This document shows positions 49,701 through 58,424 of a stretch of 64,000 nucleotides of DNA, one piece after another. A model generated the notes under the pieces. It saw only the letters and a list, made by a program, of their open reading frames with translations, did not search any database and was not told where the DNA came from. The translations under genes were made by a program, and so were the position numbers. Source of the DNA: Bacteroidota bacterium (GTDB lineage Bacteria > Bacteroidota > Bacteroidia > NS11-12g > UBA955); the NCBI GenBank assembly GCA_023957335.1, contig JAMLHC010000001.1:266017-330016 (forward strand), given 5' to 3'. Each line of letters starts with the position of its first letter. Position 1 is the first letter of the stretch.

Positions 49701-49960
49701 GTTGTAGCTCCTGTTTGTCCGGTGATAGTTCCATTTTGTGTAGAATCGTCCATTGCAACCCAATAAACATCATAATTATAACTATATGATGCCGAATTAG
49801 CACTGATGGGAATAGTAATATTAGTTGTATTTCCTGTATTCCATGTGGTCACAAATGGCTGTGTTTGTCCATTTAAGGAACTTAAATTTACCATAAACAA
49901 AGAACCCATCACAGAAAGCGGAATCAAATTAAAACTGAGTGAATTGCGAAATAGTTTCAT
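46736..49960 (-). CDS. T9SS-secreted BspA-like surface protein built from DUF285 (Mycoplasma-type) repeats, with two homologous tandem modules and a C-terminal Por-secretion sorting domain
   Basis: Signal peptide. Each module is a beta-rich head (..TTWNTGNTTNITIP.. and ..VTIWNTENSTYILIP..) followed by about 13 units of about 25 aa (..MFxNAxxFNQ[ND]IGxWNTSNVTxMxx..). C-terminal T9SS CTD LNIYPNPTTGIFTYF....GIYILKVQNVAVKIIKE. 1074 aa. Confidence 0.85.
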   Translation of the reverse strand: MKLFRNSLSFNLIPLSVMGSLFMVNLSSLNGQTQPFVTTWNTGNTTNITIPISANSASYSYNYDVYWVAMDDSTQNGTITGQTGATTISGLSSNKYYRIEISGQFPVILFANKGDKTKIRNIVKWGDIEWRSFEGSFFGCSNLDISATDVPDLQDVSSLSYMFANCTSLIGTEANWNWNTEKIGNMAYLFYGASKFNQNIGSWNTVNVNNMNSVFCNALAFNQNIGLWNTANVTDMGYMFSNASAFNQNIGAWDTKNVTSMKSMFYKATKFNGNIGAWVTDKVKDMSWLFNSASAFNQDISAWNTVNITDMSYMFNNAIAFNQSIGTWNTENVTEMRSMFENATKFNGSIAAWNTSNVTNMNRMFYNAINFDQNIGSWNTAKVVDMSYMFAGASKFNKNISGWNTDNVLNMGNMFVNALLFDQPISRWNTVNVTNMSQMFNGAVDFNQMISVWDVRNVADLSYMFSYATAFNQTLGSWIINNQVNMEGMLDNSGVDCKNYGNTLIGWASNPNIPNGRTLGANDLKYSSSASSARTMLTNKGWNITDSGVATFCSPLVTIWNTENSTYILIPTKGSGYDYDLYWEEIANPANNGILTSVKDSVRIIGLKANTSYRIDIDRDFPRFFFNNGAEKSKIRQITQWGGIAWNSFDSAFFGCSNLEITATDLPDMRFTTGAKFMFNNCTSLTGIGANWNWVTTNITNMNGMFANAKNFNQDIGIWNTENVTDMSAMFQNASNFNQYIGNWNTGKVLSMRNMFNNASKFNQDLNSWNTSIVTDKSGMFSGATSFNQSIDSWDVENVTDMSNMFLNAQAFNQDIGLWNTSKVVNMSNMFDGASSFNQNIGSWNTSNVTNMNAMFKNASDFNQSLAAWNVSKVNNMASMFYQCSAFNQSLDSWNITLVSDMNKMFASATSFNQNLGSWTLRTNVNLRNIFDLCGLDCSNYGLTLEGWSKNMATPKNITCGAMGIKYVSTATTYRNTLTKTNKWTITDAGVCKSTGVDEIETETNALNIYPNPTTGIFTYFGSVKGVYMVMDLQGRVVKEGVTQNDKTEIDLSGIVPGIYILKVQNVAVKIIKE
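47005..48010 (-). repeat. Tandem coding repeat array (about 75-bp / 25-aa DUF285 units), module 2. Approximate boundaries.
   Basis: Periodic recurrence of FNQ[ND]I..WNT.NV..M..MF in the translation. Boundaries estimated from residue positions of about 650-985. Confidence 0.6.
48550..49510 (-). repeat. Tandem coding repeat array (about 75-bp / 25-aa DUF285 units), module 1. Approximate boundaries.
   Basis: Same periodicity as module 2. Residues about 150-470 of the protein. Confidence 0.6.
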
Positions 49961-50483
49961 AATAAAATGCTTTAAATAATTTAGTAGTAATCTAATTGAG
50001 ATTTGAACGACTTTCGATACAAAAGTAGTAGATATTGTAATACATTATCAAATGTTTACAACTTGTTCACAAACAAGTTAAACATCCAATTTTCAAATAT
50101 TATCAGCAAGTAAATTAGTTATTTACAATACTTTTATGCATCATCAAACAAATGTGCACAACCTCAAATTCGTCTAATTTTACAATATAATCCGCAAAGT
50201 ATCATTTTCAACTTTTACACATACTCTATACAAAATATATACAGCAAGATTTACAATGTAGATTTGTGATTTATTTTAACATAAAAATTTACCGATACTA
50301 CAAATAACACCTCATTATTTAACACTTATCAAGGATTAATGTTCTCGTCCTTGATTAAACTTTCAAACAATCACTATCTGACCGATTGTAATTGCAAGCG
50401 TTGAGGTTATGATAATGAATCGCGCATTTTTTATCACCGAAAATATTAATTCAATTTCAAGTTTATTTTCGCAAAGTCAAAAC

Positions 50484-51164
50484 ATGAAAAATCAAGTAGT
50501 ATTAGTAAGTGGCGCGGCCGGTAATTTAGGACAAGCAACGGTTCAATTCTTTCTCAATAATGGCAACAAGGTGGTAGGTATTGTTCACCGAAAAAGTGCA
50601 AACCCAATCACAGATCAAAATTATGAAGAAATCATTTCCGATATTGCAAATGAGGATTGCGCTTCACAAAGTATTCAAGCCATAACTGCACATTATCATT
50701 CGATAGACATTGCAGTCTTAACAGTAGGTGGCTTTACAATGGGAAGCATTGCCGACACCGACATTGGTAGTATTCGGCAGCAATACATGCTGAATTTTGA
50801 AACTGCTTATAATCTTGCACGTCCTATTTTGCAACAAATGCAAAAACAAGGCAATGGTAAGATGTTCTTTATAGGTTCTTATGCCGGCATGAGTACCAAC
50901 AAAGCCAATGGAGTAACAGCTTATGGACTTGCAAAATCACTGCTATTTTATTTAGCCAATCTGATTAATGAAGAAACAAAAGGAAAAGAGATATTCGCTC
51001 ATGTTATTGTCCCCAGTATTATTGACACACCTCAAAACCGAGCATCCATACCCAAAGCTGATTTCAGCAAATGGGAGCGACCGGAACAAATAGCTAAAAT
51101 CATTGGAAAATATGCAACAAACAATCTCGACAAAGTTGAAATTGTTATCCAAGAAGAATTATAG
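50484..51164 (+). CDS. Short-chain dehydrogenase/reductase (SDR) family oxidoreductase
   Basis: MKNQVVLVSGAAGNLGQA is a glycine-rich NAD(P)-binding motif. Catalytic region ..SYAGMSTNKANGVTAYGLAKS.. (Y..K). Start set at ATG 50484, 25 codons into the track ORF. Confidence 0.8.
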   Translation: MKNQVVLVSGAAGNLGQATVQFFLNNGNKVVGIVHRKSANPITDQNYEEIISDIANEDCASQSIQAITAHYHSIDIAVLTVGGFTMGSIADTDIGSIRQQYMLNFETAYNLARPILQQMQKQGNGKMFFIGSYAGMSTNKANGVTAYGLAKSLLFYLANLINEETKGKEIFAHVIVPSIIDTPQNRASIPKADFSKWERPEQIAKIIGKYATNNLDKVEIVIQEEL

Positions 51165-51219
51165 AAAAGTGTTAAGCAAAAGAGCATTTATGGCAAATTT
51201 GCATCCACCCTTCCAACAT

Positions 51220-51292
<73 letters not shown>

Positions 51293-51331
51293 CAGAAATT
51301 TGATTCTTTTCATTCGACCCTAAAAACAAAA

Positions 51332-51355
51332 AAGCCACCTTGTGGTGGCTTTTTG
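51332..51355. terminator. Bidirectional terminator hairpin shared by the convergent tRNA-Gly and tRNA-Asn
   Basis: aaaaaAGCCACCttgtGGTGGCTttttt: a 7-bp stem flanked by an A-tract on one side and a T-tract on the other. Confidence 0.55.
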
Positions 51356-51429
51356 CTCCCCAGGCTGGGCTTGAACCAGCGACCCCATGATTAACAGTCA
51401 TGTGCTCTAACCAGCTGAGCTACTGAGGA
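51356..51429 (-). tRNA. tRNA-Asn (anticodon GTT)
   Basis: Reverse complement folds as acceptor TCCTCAG/CTGGGGA (one G-U), D-arm GCTC-AGCTGGTTA-GAGC, anticodon stem CATGA/TCATG with loop CTGTTAA, T-arm GCTGG-TTCAAGC-CCAGC, discriminator G. 74 nt. Confidence 0.85.
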
Positions 51430-51547
51430 AGGTGTTTTCCGTGAACGGGGCTGCAATATTATAACTTTCAAATCAATCGAACAAATCAAAAATAAAAAAA
51501 TATATACCCATTTTTGCGACATATTTGCGACTCGAAAAGAATTTAAT

Positions 51548-52456
51548 ATGAGCTTACTTATTATTGGTTCCGTTGCCTTTGATGCCATTGAAACTCCATT
51601 TGGAAAAACTGATAAAATTATCGGAGGTGCTGCATCTTATATTGCCCTTTCATCATCTTATTTTATCAATCCTGTTAACCTTGTAGCAGTTGTTGGAGGT
51701 GATTTCCCACACGAATATATAACCCAACTACAATCCAGACGAATTAACACCAAAGGATTGCAAATCAAAAAAGACGAAAAATCATTTTTTTGGTCAGGTA
51801 GATATAATTATGATCTAAACTCAAGAGACACCTTAGTAACAGAGCTCAATGTACTTGAAAAATTCGACCCTATTATTCCAGAAAGCTACCAAGATTGCGA
51901 ATATCTAATGTTGGGAAACCTAAGTCCTGAAGTGCAACTTCAAGTCATTGAAAGATTGCACAAAAGACCTAAATTAATTGTTTTGGACACGATGAATTTC
52001 TGGATGGATATAGCATTGGATTCTCTCAAGAAAATTATTTCAAAAGTAGATGTACTTACCATCAATGATGAAGAGGCGCGACAATTAAGCGGAGAATACC
52101 AACTCAAGAAAGCAGCACAAAAAATAATGCAAAATGGGTTAAAATACCTTATTATAAAGAAAGGTGAACATGGTGCGATTCTTTTCCATGAAGATAAGAG
52201 TTTCTATGTCCCTGCATTTCTACTCGACCAAGTATTTGACCCTACCGGTGCAGGCGACACCTTTGCCGGAGGCTTTATCGGATATATAGCCAAGACGGGT
52301 AATACAAATTTTGAAACCCTAAAAAGAGCATTGGTTTATGGCAGTGCTATGGCGAGCTTTTGTGTTGAAAAATTTGGCACAGACAATTTATTTAACCTTT
52401 CTGAGGAACAGATAGAAGACCGATACAATCAATTCAGATTCATGGTGGAGTTTTAA
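51548..52456 (+). CDS. PfkB-family carbohydrate/nucleoside kinase (ribokinase-like)
   Basis: N-terminal MSLLIIGSVAFDAIETPFGKTDKIIGGAASY and C-terminal anion-hole motif DPTGAGDTFAGGFIGYIA. 302 aa. Confidence 0.85.
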   Translation: MSLLIIGSVAFDAIETPFGKTDKIIGGAASYIALSSSYFINPVNLVAVVGGDFPHEYITQLQSRRINTKGLQIKKDEKSFFWSGRYNYDLNSRDTLVTELNVLEKFDPIIPESYQDCEYLMLGNLSPEVQLQVIERLHKRPKLIVLDTMNFWMDIALDSLKKIISKVDVLTINDEEARQLSGEYQLKKAAQKIMQNGLKYLIIKKGEHGAILFHEDKSFYVPAFLLDQVFDPTGAGDTFAGGFIGYIAKTGNTNFETLKRALVYGSAMASFCVEKFGTDNLFNLSEEQIEDRYNQFRFMVEF

Positions 52457-52567
52457 ATGACTGTATGTAAGCATTAAAATCCTGTACTAACCCAGCTTGC
52501 CTTATTACTTATATGGCACAAATATTGAATGTGTAAGAAACTATATTTCTAACTTAAAATCAAAGTC

Positions 52568-53302
52568 ATGAAAAAGTTAATTTTAGTACTTACAGCATTT
52601 GCTTTCGTAAACCTAAGTAATGCTCAACAAAAGAATTCCAAAAAAGAATTTAACCCCGAAACCAAAGCTACAAAAGAAGTAAACAAACTGGCAGACTCCA
52701 TTTCAATCACACCCACCCAAAAGGAATCGCTGCATGGTGTATTTGTAGAATTTTTTACAACTGTCCAACAAGTCAAAGGTAAAGATGAAAAAAACAAAGC
52801 TGATGCTTTGACTCTCAAAGAAGCCAAAAAGACACGCGATGACAAAGTTAAATCCATCCTGAATGATGAAAAGAAATTTGCCAAATACCAAAGCATGATG
52901 GCAGAGAAAAAAGCTAATAGAAAAAATAAAGTCAAAGAGAAAAAGGAAGGTAAAAAAGGTGCATTTAACGCAGAAAAACACGCATCTGCTCTTGCCGAGC
53001 GTCAGGTAAACAAAATATCTTCTTCTATTGCTTTGACCCAAACACAACAAGATTCATTGACCTCCATATTTACTGAAAGAAATATCGCTCGAATTCACTT
53101 CAAACAAAACCAGAATAAAACAGAGGAGGACAAAACTAATTTTAGAACTTATATGGCAAGTTGTGAAAAAAGAATCCAGAACTCCTTTGTAAGTGCTGAA
53201 CAATATGCACAATATAAAGATTTGAAAAAACAAAGAATGGAGGAATTTCGCAACAAACGTAATCCCTCAAACAATAATGACGAGCAAGAAAATGGAAAGT
53301 AA
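52568..53302 (+). CDS. Secreted Lys-rich protein with two LTXXQ-type motifs (CpxP/Spy-like periplasmic protein?)
   Basis: Signal peptide MKKLILVLTAFAFVNLSNAQ. Two internally repeated halves each contain an LTXXQ-like motif (ISITPTQKESL and IALTQTQQDSL). Highly charged K/E-rich helical sequence. Assigning it to the LTXXQ/CpxP-Spy clan is an inference. Confidence 0.55.
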   Translation: MKKLILVLTAFAFVNLSNAQQKNSKKEFNPETKATKEVNKLADSISITPTQKESLHGVFVEFFTTVQQVKGKDEKNKADALTLKEAKKTRDDKVKSILNDEKKFAKYQSMMAEKKANRKNKVKEKKEGKKGAFNAEKHASALAERQVNKISSSIALTQTQQDSLTSIFTERNIARIHFKQNQNKTEEDKTNFRTYMASCEKRIQNSFVSAEQYAQYKDLKKQRMEEFRNKRNPSNNNDEQENGK

Positions 53303-53314
53303 AAAGTCATACTT

Positions 53315-54280
53315 TTGTTTCGTATGACTCCCCTTCTCGCAAAGATTCGCAAAAAACAGATAAGAGCAGCACTCTACGGTATAATGTGGGTGCTGCTTTT
53401 AGTTTTACTACTAACCCAAGTTGGCGGTTTTGGCCTGATTGACACACTCATTTGCACTTTTTATTTTCTAATTAACTATGTACTCTTAATTCGATTACTG
53501 CTTTTAAAAAATAAACCACTTAGTTTTCTCCTTTCAAATCTCCTGCTATTCACCGCCCTTGCCCTCATCGGTTATTATAGCGACTTTCTGCTTACACGTC
53601 AATTTATCTTTTTACTTCTCGTATCATTAGGTCTAAGTCTTGCAATCCGCTTAACCCAACATTGGTTAATTTATGAGCTTGAAAGAAAGGAGAAAGAAAA
53701 TCAATACTTTAAGACTGAACTTACATTATTGCGATATCAAATTCAACCTCATTTTTTCTTTAACTCACTCAACAATATATACTCTTTAATCGACATTTCA
53801 CCCGAAAAAGCGAAGGAAACGGTATATGGTTTAGGCAAACTTATGCGTTATTTGCTCTATCAATCTTCCACTGAATATATTGATTTAGATACTGAAATTG
53901 AATTTTTGAAAAACTATATCGAACTCATGAAATTGCGGGTTAGTAATAACGTAAAAATAACTGCTCATTTCCCTGATTCTACTCATGGCACAAAAATCGC
54001 ACCTTTTATTTTTATCCCGCTATTAGAAAACGCATTCAAACATGGGGTCTCGTCTTATTCATCAAGTGAAATACTCATTGATTTGAGACTGGAAAATCAA
54101 CAATTATTATGCATCGTTCAGAATTCTTACTTCCCAAAAAATAAATCAGACAAAAGTGGTTCGGGCATTGGGTTAGAGAATCTAAGAACAAGATTGAGAT
54201 TAATGTATCCAACAACACATTCATTCATTCAAAACAAAACAGATAATTACTTTACAAGCACATTAAAAATAGATTTATGA
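53315..54280 (+). CDS. LytS/YehU-type sensor histidine kinase (membrane-embedded sensor plus His_kinase/HATPase)
   Basis: Five or six N-terminal TM segments. LRYQIQPHFFFNSLNNIYSLI is the PF06580 His_kinase H-region. C-terminal ATPase region ..GSGIGLENLRTRLRLMY.. Confidence 0.85.
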   Translation: MFRMTPLLAKIRKKQIRAALYGIMWVLLLVLLLTQVGGFGLIDTLICTFYFLINYVLLIRLLLLKNKPLSFLLSNLLLFTALALIGYYSDFLLTRQFIFLLLVSLGLSLAIRLTQHWLIYELERKEKENQYFKTELTLLRYQIQPHFFFNSLNNIYSLIDISPEKAKETVYGLGKLMRYLLYQSSTEYIDLDTEIEFLKNYIELMKLRVSNNVKITAHFPDSTHGTKIAPFIFIPLLENAFKHGVSSYSSSEILIDLRLENQQLLCIVQNSYFPKNKSDKSGSGIGLENLRTRLRLMYPTTHSFIQNKTDNYFTSTLKIDL

Positions 54281-54993
54281 AAATTATACGATGCATAGCA
54301 ATAGATGATGAACCCTTGGCTCTACAACTTGTTGAGAGTTACATTAAAAAAACGCCTTTTCTTGAGCTTGTAGGAGTTTTCAGCACCCCTTTAGATGCTC
54401 TTCGTGTACTTGATTATGAGTCAATTGATTTGATTTATTTAGACATTCAAATGCCGGATATTAGCGGAATTGATTTTTCAAAAAACATCAACTCAAACAT
54501 ACGCGTTATTTTCACTACTGCCTTTGGCGAGTACGCTTTGGATGCATACAAAGCCAATGCAATTGATTATTTGCTTAAACCGTTTAATTACAATGACTTT
54601 CTGAATGCTTCGCTTAAAGCCAAGGAATGGTTTGACTTAATCTCAATGAAGCAATCTCCTAAGTCGGAACCCATGCTCTTTGTGAAATCCGGATATAATA
54701 ATGTTCAGATTAAGCTATCGGAGATTACTTATTTCCAAGGATTTAAAGACTATATTAAAATTTTTACCGACAATAACCCCAGCCCTATTTTAACGCTAAT
54801 GACCATGAAATCACTAATGGATACACTGCCAAAAGAGCAGTTTATTAGAGTACACAGGTCATACATTGTTCCGGTAAATAAGATTAAAAATTCCGATAGA
54901 GGTCATGTATGGGTTAGGAATCACAAAATTCCAATTTCAGATTCATATAAAGAAACTTTTGCTAAGTTTATTGCTACACGTGCAATAAGATAA
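54277..54993 (+). CDS. LytTR-family response regulator
   Basis: Receiver MKIIRCIAIDDEPLAL..LDIQMPDISG plus a C-terminal LytTR DNA-binding domain (..ITYFQGFKDYIKIFT..RVHRSYIV..). Overlaps the kinase gene by 4 nt. Confidence 0.9.
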   Translation: MKIIRCIAIDDEPLALQLVESYIKKTPFLELVGVFSTPLDALRVLDYESIDLIYLDIQMPDISGIDFSKNINSNIRVIFTTAFGEYALDAYKANAIDYLLKPFNYNDFLNASLKAKEWFDLISMKQSPKSEPMLFVKSGYNNVQIKLSEITYFQGFKDYIKIFTDNNPSPILTLMTMKSLMDTLPKEQFIRVHRSYIVPVNKIKNSDRGHVWVRNHKIPISDSYKETFAKFIATRAIR

Positions 54994-55082
54994 AATGGGA
55001 GTGATACACGCCTAACATATCTTGTTATCGATACCACATCTAAACATAATGAGCTAATAAGGAATCATTTCTTTCGTTGTCA

Positions 55083-56021
55083 TCACGTCATATTTCTTCT
55101 TTTAGCAATTTGATTCTTAAATAACTCCTGTTGCTTATCCGAAGTTAAAAATACTCCTATTAAAACTATCACCCCTGCAACAAGTTTAACCCATGTAAAG
55201 ACATCGGTACCCCAAAAAATTGCAATTGCGCCCGCCAAAACCGGTTGTAGATAAATATAGGTACCCACCAACACTGAACCGGCTTTTTCTATTGCCCAAG
55301 TATTTAGTAAATATGCCAAGAAGGTTGTACAAACAACCACAAATATAATTTCTCCAATAATATGTTTCGGGAAAGATAAATGGTTAACTGCTAAAACATC
55401 TTTCATTATCAAGGGCGCAACCAAAAATAGTCCAAACAAGAAAGTCCATTTTGATACTGTAACAACCGTATATTTTGTAAGCAATTTGCGCACATACACA
55501 AGATAAAAAGCATAGAAAATAGCATTCACCGTAACAAGTATATCACCTTTGAGCGTAAGCTCCGAGAAGTTTATTTGTTTGCCAAACATCAGCATCAATG
55601 CACCTCCTGCTGCCATTAATATACCAACGACTTTCTTAACTGTAAGTTTTTCTTCTTTGAGAAAGAGAGCGAAGATGAGCACAAAAATAGGAGTGTTCAG
55701 CATCAGCACAGCTCCGTTGATAGGATGCGTAAACTCTAAGCCCTTGAAAAACATAAACATATTGTATGCAACTCCAAAGACGCTGGCAATAATCAAAGGC
55801 AAAACATCCTTTTTTTCAATTTTTGTCAACTTATTATTAGGTAGTATTTTTTTCTCAAATGGAGACAATAACCAAAATAAAATCAAGGCTCCTCCGATTC
55901 TATAAAAAGTAAAAACTTCACCGTTGATATAAGTAGGCATCACGTCCTTGGCTATGCTGAATGTAACAGCATAAAACAGCATGACTAAAAATAAAATTAG
56001 ATGTACTTTGAGTTTGCCCAT
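55083..56021 (-). CDS. EamA/DMT-superfamily transporter
   Basis: 312 aa, 10 predicted TM segments in two repeated halves. Typical EamA pattern. Confidence 0.78.
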   Translation of the reverse strand: MGKLKVHLILFLVMLFYAVTFSIAKDVMPTYINGEVFTFYRIGGALILFWLLSPFEKKILPNNKLTKIEKKDVLPLIIASVFGVAYNMFMFFKGLEFTHPINGAVLMLNTPIFVLIFALFLKEEKLTVKKVVGILMAAGGALMLMFGKQINFSELTLKGDILVTVNAIFYAFYLVYVRKLLTKYTVVTVSKWTFLFGLFLVAPLIMKDVLAVNHLSFPKHIIGEIIFVVVCTTFLAYLLNTWAIEKAGSVLVGTYIYLQPVLAGAIAIFWGTDVFTWVKLVAGVIVLIGVFLTSDKQQELFKNQIAKRRNMT

Positions 56022-56041
56022 TCAAGAAAGTCAGCACCTCA

Positions 56042-57064
56042 TTATTCAAGTTTGAAATCAGAAGCTTTCTTCATGACTTTGCCAAAAACATAATCTTGCA
56101 CCATCAGCAATTCCTTTGCATTTCCATTAAAAAAGGCATAGTAACTGTCAATATCATAGGGCATTTGTACTCCTTCCCTGTCAAGTTGCAACTTACTGTT
56201 TCTTTTCAAGCCTTTGTAATGAATTTGTAAAACCTGTTCGGGTTTAGTTTTTGGCTTAAGTTTAAGAACAAAGAAGGGTTTAGTTTGGTGATAGACAGAG
56301 TCAATGCTTCCGGCATTCATATCAATTGGAAATCCCTCGTAGGCAAGACGGCTAAAATAGTTAAGATAAGAGCGAATCTTGTTTTCATTTATCTTTTTTG
56401 CATTGCCAATAGCAGCAGATTCCAATATGGGCTTGTTGTCTTTGTTAATGATAGTAAAGGATTGACTTTCGTCTTCTGTCCATTCTGCCTTCACCCACTC
56501 TATATCAACGGGTTCATAAGCAAAAATGATTTTGCTACGCCAGTCTTGTTCATTTACAAAGAAACGAGGTGAAAGATAACCCTGAAATCCTTCTATATAA
56601 ACAACATAGGGTTGCTTGGCATCTTCCATCCATACGTATGTGCCCATGTGATCAGGTGTGGGACCGCCAACATAATACGTTTTGAGTTTAGAACTACCTG
56701 AATAAAGCTCCACTTTCACCCCTTTGGATGCAAGGTTGCGTATCACCATATCCCAAGCATCCTTGCTAATAGGAGATTTCACACGCATGTTTTTAACCGC
56801 ATTCAGAAGAACATCTATCTTAGCACCATCTGCCTCATAAAGTCCATTTATCATCCATTTGCCTTGTTCGTTTCGGGTCAAAGTTGCACTGGCGTCTTGA
56901 AAACGAGAGCGCAGAAATATCTTATCAAGTTTTTGAACATCCTTGATGGCAAAATTTGATTCATCACCTAAAAGAGTGGTGGAAGGATTGCGTTTGAGGA
57001 GAAAGTATCCTCCGATAATAAAAGCAAGAATAACAAGGGAAACTAAAATTTTTCTATTGTTCAT
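56042..57064 (-). CDS. Hypothetical membrane-anchored periplasmic protein (possibly DUF4340-like)
   Basis: N-terminal TM anchor MNNRKILVSLVILAFIIGGYFLL, then a soluble domain of about 310 aa. The family call is a weak recollection. Confidence 0.55.
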   Translation of the reverse strand: MNNRKILVSLVILAFIIGGYFLLKRNPSTTLLGDESNFAIKDVQKLDKIFLRSRFQDASATLTRNEQGKWMINGLYEADGAKIDVLLNAVKNMRVKSPISKDAWDMVIRNLASKGVKVELYSGSSKLKTYYVGGPTPDHMGTYVWMEDAKQPYVVYIEGFQGYLSPRFFVNEQDWRSKIIFAYEPVDIEWVKAEWTEDESQSFTIINKDNKPILESAAIGNAKKINENKIRSYLNYFSRLAYEGFPIDMNAGSIDSVYHQTKPFFVLKLKPKTKPEQVLQIHYKGLKRNSKLQLDREGVQMPYDIDSYYAFFNGNAKELLMVQDYVFGKVMKKASDFKLE

Positions 57065-57161
57065 GAGCTACAAAGTGTGTGCGAATGTATATTAGTCTGT
57101 TGTCATTTCGCCAACAGATTTGACCAAATACACAATTTAGTGTAGAACCGTAAGAATGAGA

Positions 57162-57653
57162 TTATTTTTTACCAATATAAAAATCCAGCATTTGCTCGAA
57201 TTCCTTGGCGTCTTTATATCCAACTGCCACTTCTATGCTTTCTTTTTTGCTTGGATCTTTCCAGAATATAATGGTGGGATATCCATAATTACGACCACCT
57301 TCCAGATAGAGTACAAGTTCAGAACCGCTCATAACTTTATCACCAACTTGATATTTTGCACTAAGTTCAGGGTTTAGCTTGACAGGTATAAAGTTTTTGT
57401 TCACCTTTTCTATAATTTCGGCTTTAGAATAGGTATTTTTATCAAGACGTTTACACCAGCCGCACCAGTCGGTATATACGTCTATTATTATCATTTTTTT
57501 CTCTTTAATCGCTTTGTCGTATCCGACTTGGAAATCAAGCCATTCTATTTCTTCACCTTTTACCGATTTTTTATCTGAAGTTTTAAACGAAGAAACAACA
57601 AGGAGTGCTGCTAATAACGCAATACTCAGGGTTACAGAAATTTTCTTAATCAT
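57162..57653 (-). CDS. Thioredoxin-fold lipoprotein (CxxC)
   Basis: Signal/lipobox-like N-terminus. IIIDVYTDWCGWCKRLD is a thioredoxin-like WCxxC active site. 163 aa. Confidence 0.75.
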   Translation of the reverse strand: MIKKISVTLSIALLAALLVVSSFKTSDKKSVKGEEIEWLDFQVGYDKAIKEKKMIIIDVYTDWCGWCKRLDKNTYSKAEIIEKVNKNFIPVKLNPELSAKYQVGDKVMSGSELVLYLEGGRNYGYPTIIFWKDPSKKESIEVAVGYKDAKEFEQMLDFYIGKK

Positions 57654-57701
57654 AGGTTTGCAAATTTAATTCAAAATCATTTGAAAATAGTGTGCCAAGA
57701 A

Positions 57702-58424
57702 TTATAATCCGGGTTTTAAAAAAAAGCGCAAATAACTCATCATCGTTTTCATTACCTTCATTTTAGATTTGCCTTTGCGTTTTTTGGAGTGTAATGTCAT
57801 AGGAACCTCTATAATTTTAGCCTTAATACGGATGGCTTTGACAAGTATTTCAACTTTACTGATAAAACCTTTTTCTTTAATCAGTACCCCATATTTGTTT
57901 CTGATATCATGCAGCAGTTGGACTGAATATATTCTGTAAAACGAACTGAGAGTCAACACTTTGACATCAAACCAAAGTCTAAGCATGAGATTGGCAGTAA
58001 AAGAAGTGAGTTTGCGCACAAAAGTAGTTTCATCAAAACCTCCGCCTTGTGCGTACGGTGACGCCAACACTAAATTAAACCCATGCTGATTTAAGTTCAT
58101 CATAACCGGCAGGATATTGATATCTGAAGTATTATCTCCCTCAAGAGTAATCACAATATCATCAGATTTGGAATTCAATTTATCCAATATAAAATTAAAT
58201 CCTGCATTAAAAGAATACCCGGGACCTTGATTACCCGGATTGACAAGCACATGAACATTCTCCCCTTGGAAGAGTTCTTTAATCTTTTCCGGTGAACCAT
58301 CAATAGAACCATCATCCACAAAAACAAAAGTCTTTTCATGTCCTGCCAATGTACTCCGCAAATTTTTGGCTAATTCGGACAGATTTTCTGCCTCATTATA
58401 TATAGGAATCAAGGTGAAAATCAT
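57702..58424 (-). CDS. GT2 glycosyltransferase, Dpm1/ArnC-like polyprenyl-phosphate sugar synthase
   Basis: MIFTLIPIYNEAENLSEL..FVFVDDGSIDGS is the DXD-type GT2 N-terminus. 240 aa and soluble, consistent with Dpm1-like enzymes. Overlaps the upstream epimerase gene by 4 nt. Confidence 0.78.
   Translation of the reverse strand: MIFTLIPIYNEAENLSELAKNLRSTLAGHEKTFVFVDDGSIDGSPEKIKELFQGENVHVLVNPGNQGPGYSFNAGFNFILDKLNSKSDDIVITLEGDNTSDINILPVMMNLNQHGFNLVLASPYAQGGGFDETTFVRKLTSFTANLMLRLWFDVKVLTLSSFYRIYSVQLLHDIRNKYGVLIKEKGFISKVEILVKAIRIKAKIIEVPMTLHSKKRKGKSKMKVMKTMMSYLRFFLKPGL

Noticed and set aside
46736-49960. Possible CRISPR array suggested by strong periodic repetition.
   Set aside because: The repeats are imperfect coding repeats of about 75 bp inside a single long ORF (DUF285 units). 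They are not short identical direct repeats with unique spacers, and there are no cas genes in the window.
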